56,987 nucleotides of DNA from an uncultured virus (IMG/VR IMGVR_UViG_3300029305_009261) (IMGVR_UViG_3300029305_009261); one strand, 5' to 3'. Positions 50,598 through 56,641 are shown, counted from the first letter of the stretch. Made by a program: numbers and translations. Notes: generated by a model not told the origin, from the sequence alone.

Positions 50598-50671
50598 AGC
50601 ATCATACCGGATTCGAACCGGCGTCATTCCTCTTCGGCAAAGAGGTGCCATAGCCATTAGGCGAATGATGC
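50598..50671 (-). tRNA. tRNA-Gly(GCC)
   Basis: Loop TTGCCGA. Confidence 0.9.
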
Positions 50672-50677
50672 ATAATA

Positions 50678-50749
50678 AGCGGATAAAGGGAATCGAACCC
50701 TCATCTTCAGAGTGGAAGTCTGATATCATAGCCGTTAGACCATACCCGC
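50678..50749 (-). tRNA. tRNA-Gly(UCC)
   Basis: Loop CTTCCAC. Confidence 0.9.
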
Positions 50750-50900
50750 ATAAGTAATAACACATGAAATAGTATATAATTTCTTGAAGTGCCTTAGTCC
50801 TGCTTGGAAGGTCCCAAGATGTCCAGTGGACATCTGTTATGGGAGGACCGAAGTGGTAACGCAGACGGCGTGTTATCCGCTGACACTACACATGCATATT

Positions 50901-51045
50901 ATATCGCTAACCTTATAATGACGGATAATTTCACATGCGTATGCGAACCTTCAGAGCCGTCCTAGCCTACGCTGTTCTTTTGTCCGTTATTCAGCCCTGC
51001 AGTGCCTTACGGTGGCATAGGTTGTCTTGCTTCGGTTAGCAATAT
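50901..51045 (-). ncRNA. unidentified structured RNA
   Basis: GC-richer, ORF-free; ends pair (ATATTGCTAACC/GGTTAGCGATAT) with G-U only on the minus strand. Confidence 0.5.
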
Positions 51046-51048
51046 AAA

Positions 51049-51123
51049 TGATTCCAGTGGGACTTGAACCCAACATTTTAGCCTTGAAAGGGCTACGTCC
51101 TGACCGATTTAGACGATGGAACC
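51049..51123 (-). tRNA. tRNA-Glu(UUC)
   Basis: Loop CTTTCAA. Confidence 0.9.
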
Positions 51124-51127
51124 GCAA

Positions 51128-51200
51128 TAGTCTCTACGGGAATTGAACCCAGTATTTACTCCTTGAGAGGGAGTCGTCATAACCATTCGACCAAGAGACC
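51128..51200 (-). tRNA. tRNA-Glu(CUC)
   Basis: Loop CTCTCAA. Confidence 0.9.
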
Positions 51201-51203
51201 ATA

Positions 51204-51692
51204 TTATGATTTCTTAACAACAATATCTCGAAGATATCCACAAGATTTTACATAGGTTTTTACATAAGAAAAACCACAATTTAATAATGCAGATTTTGAT
51301 GCAAAATTTTCTGGATGGACAGTGGCTAAAAGAATATCATAACTCGGGCATTCTTTAAGTGCAAAATTGATAAGTTTTTTCGCAATTCCTTGGTTTCTAT
51401 ATTCGGGAAGTACCATTAAACGTCCAAGTTCAACAACTTTTTCATTGTTAAGTTCTAATTGTTTTGCACTTTCTTCAAATTCATGTGGATGAAAGAATAA
51501 ACCTACTGCGCCAATTAAATAATTATCTTTGAATATGCCATAAAAATGTGTCCATTCTATATCAAAGAAATGTTGTTTTGAAATAGAGTCTATAGGAAGC
51601 CAATATTCTTTATTTGATAAAGAGCTCTCTATTTTTTGAATTAGTAAATCCAATTGGGCTTTGTCAGATAAAAATATTGGTCTAATTTCCAT
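51204..51692 (-). CDS. GNAT N-acetyltransferase
   Basis: V.PEYRNQGIA, V.P.N.AS......GF. Confidence 0.85.
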   Translation of the reverse strand: MEIRPIFLSDKAQLDLLIQKIESSLSNKEYWLPIDSISKQHFFDIEWTHFYGIFKDNYLIGAVGLFFHPHEFEESAKQLELNNEKVVELGRLMVLPEYRNQGIAKKLINFALKECPSYDILLATVHPENFASKSALLNCGFSYVKTYVKSCGYLRDIVVKKS

Positions 51693-51752
51693 AAATCACT
51701 CCTGATTATTTTATATGAGAACGCTTCCGTATGATGACAGACGATAGGTGTT

Positions 51753-52097
51753 TTAATACAATGCAGTACTATGCTCATAATTATAAAGCTCTTTTGCATC
51801 ATAAAATGGTTGTTCTTTACGCAAAGCATTTGCATAACTATTTTCTACAAGGAAGTTTACTGCTTCTGCATTTTCTTCATACCATGTTTCTCCAAAAGCA
51901 TCTTTTACTTTTTTGATAAGACATTCCTGTGCTTGATACAAATCTATTTGATTCTCAATAGCGTCTATAACCTCACGAATAATGAATTTTATTGCTTTCG
52001 AGCTACCCTTAATTTCGAATCTGGCATTTAATGCACTTTCGTATTTTACTGGGTTAGGAACTTCATCAAATGATGTAAGCATAGCATTCAACCTCAC
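51753..52097 (-). CDS. hypothetical protein, paralog family D
   Basis: Paralog of 42436..42750. Confidence 0.65.
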   Translation of the reverse strand: MRLNAMLTSFDEVPNPVKYESALNARFEIKGSSKAIKFIIREVIDAIENQIDLYQAQECLIKKVKDAFGETWYEENAEAVNFLVENSYANALRKEQPFYDAKELYNYEHSTALY

Positions 52098-52127
52098 TTA
52101 ATATAGAAATTGTTTTAATTACATCAA

Positions 52128-52388
52128 CAGGAAACTTTTTCATAAACTCTTCCAAAGTTGCAGTTTGGTGTTCTTGATACTTTTTTTGCTGTATGTTTCC
52201 CAAATAATGTTTTTTTTATTTTTATCATATCAACCGGAAACGAATTTACAATATCAGATTAGCAGTCTGGTTGTTAATTAAGTTGCTGTATGTTTCCAAG
52301 ATATATAAGTTTTTTACATACACATGAAGCGATTATACTTGGCAGTTTAAAAGACTGTTGTTTAATAGATTGCTGTTTGCTTCACATA
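52128..52388 (-). ncRNA. three tandem ACAGCAA-motif RNAs carrying anticodon-stem-loop mimics (Cys, Ser, Lys)
   Basis: Each has a closing stem, ACAGCAA and a hairpin with a 7-nt loop CTGCAAC / CTGCTAA / CTTTTAA. Confidence 0.65.
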
Positions 52389-52394
52389 TGTAAG

Positions 52395-52469
52395 TCGGAA
52401 TGACACGACTCGAACGTGCAATGTCTCGGTCCCAAGCCGAGCGGATTAGCCAAATTATCCTACATCCCG
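52395..52469 (-). tRNA. tRNA-Pro(UGG)
   Basis: Loop CTTGGGA. Confidence 0.9.
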
Positions 52470-52475
52470 AAATGA

Positions 52476-52547
52476 TGCTTGTATTGAGATTCGAACTCAA
52501 ATCAGTCAGATTAAGAGTCTGCTATTTTACCATTAAACTACACAAGC
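52476..52547 (-). tRNA. tRNA-Lys(CUU)
   Basis: Loop CTCTTAA. Confidence 0.9.
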
Positions 52548-52551
52548 GTAG

Positions 52552-52624
52552 TGCGCCATTTGGGGCTCGAACCCAAGACCTATCGGTTAAAAGCCGATTA
52601 CTCTACCAACTGAGTTAATGACGC
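52552..52624 (-). tRNA. tRNA-Lys(UUU)
   Basis: Loop CTTTTAA. Confidence 0.9.
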
Positions 52625-52628
52625 TTAT

Positions 52629-52664
52629 TTACTTAGGTTTTCGTGTTTTACGTTTTCGTTTCAT
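52629..52664 (-). CDS. putative Lys/Pro leader peptide
   Basis: AAAAGGA RBS; MKRKRKTRKPK, stop 4 nt before tRNA-Lys. Confidence 0.65.
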   Translation of the reverse strand: MKRKRKTRKPK

Positions 52665-52679
52665 AATAATTCTTCCTTT

Positions 52680-52943
52680 TTAATTGTTTTTCTTATGATA
52701 TATAAATACCAAAACAGCAAATGTTGTATTCAATATCATATCTACGATTGCTCCAATATAGAGAATTAACTCTTGATTTGTTGTAAATAAATAAATTACC
52801 CAACAAAAGATTCCAATCAATGATAAAATAGTTGAGCCAAGGCTATAATCAGAGCTTGATTTTGTTTTTATAAGTTTGATTATTTTTGGAAAATATTCCA
52901 TGTAAACAATAATGCAATATGTAATATAAAACAGCTTTCCCAT
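52680..52943 (-). CDS. PQ-loop/SemiSWEET-like small membrane protein
   Basis: FPKIIK..KTKSS.D.S, W..Y, 3 TMs. Confidence 0.7.
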   Translation of the reverse strand: MGKLFYITYCIIVYMEYFPKIIKLIKTKSSSDYSLGSTILSLIGIFCWVIYLFTTNQELILYIGAIVDMILNTTFAVLVFIYHKKNN

Positions 52944-52962
52944 ATAAGCTCCTGATAACTAT

Positions 52963-53481
52963 TTAATTTTTACCTCTAATTGCTATGTTTAAGTTTAATA
53001 AAGGGCTACCATCTGTCTGAAATAATGGGACGCAGATATTAGCTGCATACTGTCTGGACATAACGACATTTCCTCTTGCAACTGTTGGTGGAGTAATGTC
53101 AATCAATCGGTTCTGTATACTAAAAATAGTTGCTGCATTTCCCATAATCATATTTCCCAATTCGGAAATTGCACTCATTGCCATTTCAGTTAATTCCGGA
53201 ATTTCAAAGCCCATCATCATTTTACTGGCAAGTAGTTTTGCACTCTCCTCATTGATTTCTAAAATAACTTGACCTTCTAGTTGTCCGGTAACTCCAAGCA
53301 TTATCAAAACTGCATTGTCGGTAAAAGAAGTGTCTTTGATACAAGGTTTTCCAACTTTAGATTTAATCTGACTGACAGTTTCAATGATATTCATTGCTGC
53401 AGTTAAAAATGGGTTGATGGTATTTACGTCTACAACAGAAGTCTGTGACTTCTGATTGTCATGGATACTCGACTGTGGCAT
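52963..53481 (-). CDS. cheX: chemotaxis phosphatase CheX
   Basis: INPF, GVTG...G, SA.SELGNMI.GNA, DITPP. Confidence 0.9.
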   Translation of the reverse strand: MPQSSIHDNQKSQTSVVDVNTINPFLTAAMNIIETVSQIKSKVGKPCIKDTSFTDNAVLIMLGVTGQLEGQVILEINEESAKLLASKMMMGFEIPELTEMAMSAISELGNMIMGNAATIFSIQNRLIDITPPTVARGNVVMSRQYAANICVPLFQTDGSPLLNLNIAIRGKN

Positions 53482-53558
53482 GTAAATTCTCCATTTCTTC
53501 TGTATTTTATTTTGTAGGGTAAATGATTCTTGTGCCTGTAAGAATACTTTATCCTAAG

Positions 53559-53633
53559 CGACTCTAACGGGATTCGAACCCGTGGTCTCCGGCGTGACAG
53601 ACCGGCGCTTTAAGCCAGCTAAGCTATAGAGCC
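53559..53633 (-). tRNA. tRNA-Asp(GUC)
   Basis: Loop CTGTCAC. Confidence 0.9.
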
Positions 53634-53751
53634 ATATATAGGGAGTTGACGGGACTCCCCGGCACCTTATGTTGTCATCATTAGGTGTGTAATAAATAAG
53701 CGTCTGGTAAGTGTCCTGTGTTGTCGTACTACAACTTATTTTTTACAAAAA

Positions 53752-53833
53752 TCCGTGAGGTTGGACTCGAACCAACGATGTTTCTTTGTGGGGGTTTTAC
53801 AGACCCTTGTCTTCGCCGCTAGACTACTCACGG
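53752..53833 (-). tRNA. tRNA-Tyr(GUA)
   Basis: Loop CTGTAAA; C1-G72. Confidence 0.9.
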
Positions 53834-53872
53834 TCAATTAAAATCATTTACTTTGCTTTTGTTGAAAACAAA

Positions 53873-53957
53873 TCCGTGGAGTAGGACTTGAACCTACAAG
53901 AGCCGAAGCCATCGATTTTACAGACCGAACCGCTACCAGTTACGGGACTATCCACGG
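53873..53957 (-). tRNA. tRNA-Tyr(GUA)
   Basis: Loop CTGTAAA; C1-G72. Confidence 0.9.
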
Positions 53958-53999
53958 GAATTTCTTTTCGTAATAATAATAATAATAATCAGAATCCAT
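53940..53999 (-). CDS. putative Tyr/Asp leader peptide overlapping the tRNA-Tyr 5' end
   Basis: AAAGGAG RBS; MDSDYYYYYYEKKFPWIVP. Confidence 0.75.
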   Translation of the reverse strand: MDSDYYYYYYEKKFPWIVP

Positions 54000-54048
54000 A
54001 ATATTTATCTCCTTTGTTTATTTTTTTGTAGTTCATTAAGAACTTAAT

Positions 54049-54118
54049 GTGACCTAAGAGAATCGAACTCTTGAGAACGGAGCCACAATCCGCCGTTTTA
54101 CCACTAAACTAAAGCCAC
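54049..54118 (-). tRNA. tRNA-His(GUG)
   Basis: Loop TTGTGGC; G-1:C73. Confidence 0.9.
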
Positions 54119-54120
54119 AG

Positions 54121-54193
54121 TGCAGGATGAGAGGTTCGAACTCCCGACTTCCAACTTGTAAAGATGACACTCTCCCGGCTGAGTTAATCCTGC
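54121..54193 (-). tRNA. tRNA-Val(UAC)
   Basis: Loop TTTACAA; weak anticodon stem. Confidence 0.8.
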
Positions 54194-54308
54194 ATTCTTA
54201 AGCACCTTAAACTTAATACGCTATATATTAACCCTCTTTATAGATAAGGTGACGAGAGTTATACAGTTCTAGGAGATAACCTTATCATTTATCATCCTAA
54301 GGTTTTAG

Positions 54309-54380
54309 TGGACACGATGGGATTCGAACCCAATCTTTCTTCTTGCAAGGAAGACGCTTTCCCAGTTAAGCTATCGGCCC
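54309..54380 (-). tRNA. tRNA-Ala(UGC)
   Basis: Loop CTTGCAA; G3-U70. Confidence 0.9.
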
Positions 54381-54384
54381 ATAG

Positions 54385-54457
54385 TAGGAATTGGAAGGAA
54401 TCGAACCCTCGTCTCCTGTCTCCACGACAGGCGCTATATCCATTAAGCTACAACCCT
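54385..54457 (-). tRNA. atypical tRNA-like gene (undetermined anticodon)
   Basis: Normal D and T arms; anticodon hairpin CCTGTC-GTGGA-GACAGG lacks U33; bulged acceptor. Confidence 0.6.
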
Positions 54458-54471
54458 ATAGATTTTTTTGA

Positions 54472-54647
54472 TGCGGATATTGAGGATTCGAACACTCGAA
54501 GACATTTCATAAAACAACATTGTCTGTCCATAGACTCCGGATTTTCTATGTTAGATATTGTTGTAGTTATTAACAATACCAAACGCTGTTTTCCTACTAC
54601 TGTCAGCTACTCACCGTAGCCTGCTTTGGCCGCTTGCATATCACCGC
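54472..54647 (-). ncRNA. 176-nt tRNA-like RNA with ~100-nt insertion in the variable region
   Basis: GCGG/CCGC-A acceptor, class II-type D arm, GGCTAC-GGTGA-GTAGCT hairpin, GTTCGAATC T loop. Confidence 0.6.
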
Positions 54648-54694
54648 TTATTATATTATCACAAGTAATGAACAAGGCATCACCTGTAATAAAA

Positions 54695-54774
54695 TGCCTC
54701 GTGTTCGAGTCGAACGAACTTCTCTGGATTTTCAGTCCAGCGCATGTATTAATTACCGAATCTGCTTACGAGGC
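54695..54774 (-). tRNA. tRNA-Phe(GAA), enlarged D loop
   Basis: Loop CTGAAAA. Confidence 0.85.
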
Positions 54775-54824
54775 TTGGTAAAGTCTGTTTCTTCTGCTTT
54801 ACCAAAACTAAATCGTTTCTTCAT
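54753..54824 (-). CDS. putative Phe leader peptide overlapping the tRNA-Phe 5' end
   Basis: AAAGGA RBS; MKKRFSFGKAEETDFTKPRKQIR. Confidence 0.6.
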   Translation of the reverse strand: MKKRFSFGKAEETDFTKPRKQIR

Positions 54825-55103
54825 TTTTCAAAGTTCCTTTCCAGTTAAAATTAAAAAGCTGTAACTATACGATTATCTTCATAAAAGAATTCATATTGGC
54901 TTTTTGTTTGTTTGACATTTAAAAGTTTTCCACGAAAGGAATATCTTTTTCCATTTTGAGAATATTTGAAGCCAATATTTTCATTTTTTATCATAGAAAA
55001 ATTTAACTTCATAATGATATCCTCCATATAATTATTTTTATCTCTTATCTCCTGCTTAAATTAGGGGTGCCTGTTCCATAGAAACAGGAGATTTTTGATA
55101 AAG

Positions 55104-55143
55104 CGCTGCGAGTTGGGCTCGAACCAACAACCTACCGGTTAAC
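55104..55143 (-). pseudogene. 3' half of a tRNA-Asn starting at the anticodon
   Basis: GTTAACCGGTAGGTTGTTGGTTCGAGCCCAACTCGCAGCG; no matching 5' half found. Confidence 0.7.
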
Positions 55144-55828
55144 CTATGGTTGATTGGGTTATTTCTGTGTTTATAATAGTTTCTTGAGTTATCAAGCCTT
55201 CATGGATTTCTCTATGACAGTTTGCACAAACACAAATACATTTGTCTAATTCTACCTTTAACCGTTCCCATGATTTTGTAGTTCCAGCATGAGAAAAACC
55301 AAAGTCTTTTTCTTCTGGGTCTTTATGATGGAATTCAAGAGCCCCTATGCATTTATTATATCCACAAAGAAGGCATTTGCCACCTTTGTATTCTACAGCC
55401 ATTTCCTTCAACTTTCTGCGTCTCTTAGTAACGCTTTTAACGTTTCTTGCTCGACGCTTTTGCAATCTATAGCTATCTGTTGTTTTGTGAGGGCTCCAAT
55501 ATAAATTAGAAGCAGACAAGTTGTCTGGATTTTCATCTACAAATAAAACAAAGGGTAGATTTTTAGGATTTTCTAAAAAATTTTCTGCAACAGCCCTATG
55601 TAATATGATGCTTTTGCGTTGTCGTCTTTTGCCAAGGCTAACGTGAAAAACATAATAAGATGTTCCCCTATTTTCCGAAGCATTGATTTTATATGTTTTT
55701 AAAATTTTCTTAGAGTTTTTTCTTCTAATGTGGCCTAAATTACTAATTTCGTAATTTTCGTAAATATTATTTTGATATATTAAAGGTTTCCATTCTTCTT
55801 GAAAATCAATAATACCATTCATCTCCAA
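55139..55828 (-). CDS. NUMOD4/HNH homing-endonuclease-like protein
   Basis: EEWK...YEISN.G.IR, HR.VA..F; C-terminal C..CGY...LEFHH.DP..K...CANCHREIH. Confidence 0.85.
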   Translation of the reverse strand: MEMNGIIDFQEEWKPLIYQNNIYENYEISNLGHIRRKNSKKILKTYKINASENRGTSYYVFHVSLGKRRQRKSIILHRAVAENFLENPKNLPFVLFVDENPDNLSASNLYWSPHKTTDSYRLQKRRARNVKSVTKRRRKLKEMAVEYKGGKCLLCGYNKCIGALEFHHKDPEEKDFGFSHAGTTKSWERLKVELDKCICVCANCHREIHEGLITQETIINTEITQSTIG

Positions 55829-55868
55829 TCATTTTGTCTTTAGTCGATGGGTGGTGCCTACACCCAAA

Positions 55869-55939
55869 CGGGCCGGGAAAGAGTTGAACTTTCCTATCCA
55901 GCTTAACAGGCTGGCGTTCTACCGATGAACTACCGGTCC
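55869..55939 (-). tRNA. tRNA-Asn(GUU)
   Basis: Loop CTGTTAA. Confidence 0.9.
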
Positions 55940-55983
55940 AAAACATTGTAATATCGAGCTACGAATCCATATTTTTATGTAAT

Positions 55984-56059
55984 AAAAAATCGCCTATTAT
56001 CAGCAACCACAAAGAAAATTTTCTCTATCCTTGTTGGTTATTTGCTGTTATAGACGATT
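55984..56059 (-). terminator. long hairpin plus U-tract upstream of the first tRNA (putative attenuator)
   Basis: AATCGTCTAT...ATAGGCGATT-TTTT with internal CAGCAA/TTGCTG pairing. Confidence 0.55.
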
Positions 56060-56128
56060 GCAATTTACCTATGTATAAAAGGCATTCTATGATGTTTTTT
56101 ATAGTACTTGTGCCTGTAAGCATCTATT

Positions 56129-56308
56129 TCAACATCGTAACAATCGTCTTTCGAGTGTTTGTTCTAACCCTCTATGTTCTTCTGTAATGACGGAATTATC
56201 CCAATAACAATCGAGACTAGGGGCATAAGGGCGAACGAAACTAAACATATTAAAATTATATGTTTTCGCTGCAGCCTGATTCTGTTTTGCCACTAATGAC
56301 TTCATCAT
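56129..56308 (-). CDS. 59-aa first ORF of the tRNA operon (putative master leader)
   Basis: AAAGGA RBS; MMKSLVAKQNQAAAKTYNFNMFSFV...; uses all 20 amino acids. Confidence 0.55.
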   Translation of the reverse strand: MMKSLVAKQNQAAAKTYNFNMFSFVRPYAPSLDCYWDNSVITEEHRGLEQTLERRLLRC

Positions 56309-56355
56309 GGTTTTTAATTCCTTTCATTTTATTTGTAAGTTTTTTATCTTACACT

Positions 56356-56385
56356 TATTAGCTACTTTTTGGTTTAAGTTCTCGG
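56356..56385 (-). promoter_or_regulatory. element-specific promoter-like motif, copy 8 (head of tRNA operon)
   Basis: CCGAGAACTTAAACCAAAAAGTAGCTAATA. Confidence 0.8.
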
Positions 56386-56414
56386 TAAATTCTTACCGAA
56401 GTGTTTTAAATAAA

Positions 56415-56530
56415 TAAAAAAAGAAAGTTTCTGATTTTCCGCTGACCATTTTCCCCTAAAATCATCCCCCGACGCTTTTAGAAAAACATTACATATAGGT
56501 CAGACGAAAGACAGGCACTTCCTTCATCTA
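56415..56530 (-). ncRNA. putative sigmaA-driven small RNA with an AGUGCCUG-loop hairpin
   Basis: Follows a strong promoter; AGATGAAGGA-AGTGCCTG-TCTTTCGTCT hairpin, second CTGACC/GGTCAG stem, U-rich end. Confidence 0.55.
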
Positions 56531-56535
56531 CAGGT

Positions 56536-56564
56536 AGTATATCACACTTTAAAAAGAATGTCAA
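56536..56564 (-). promoter_or_regulatory. sigmaA promoter
   Basis: TTGACA-17 bp-TATACT with extended TG and A/T-rich UP element. Confidence 0.8.
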
Positions 56565-56641
56565 CACTTTTTTTAAAATTTTTTTTTATTTTTTTAAAGA
56601 TTTTTTTGCTATAATAGTTGGTCACAATCCAATCCAAAAAA

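Noticed and set aside
50785..51045. tmRNA, RNase P RNA or HDV-like/twister ribozyme
   Set aside because: Their hallmark sequences could not be matched by eye; left unassigned.
53970..53990. (TAA)n microsatellite as a slippage or phase-variation tract
   Set aside because: In frame behind an RBS and ATG as six Tyr codons directly upstream of tRNA-Tyr; better explained as a leader.
46000..54864. Track ORFs over tRNA genes (46000+, 46952-, 47054+, 47206+, 49255+, 50521+, 50559-, 52400+, 54308+, 54634+)
   Set aside because: Open frames arising from GC-rich tRNA sequence, without convincing RBS.
55104..55939. Group I intron splitting tRNA-Asn
   Set aside because: No matching 5' exon (GCTGCGA...) and no room for an intron core around the HNH ORF.
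45343..55939. Suppressor tRNAs or stop-codon recoding
   Set aside because: No CUA/UCA/UUA anticodon found; genes are dense and intact in code 11 and use TAG and TGA as stops.
7796..56385. 30-bp motif as CRISPR repeat or dif/Xer site
   Set aside because: Copies are kilobases apart, not palindromic, unlike Firmicutes dif, and positioned like promoters.
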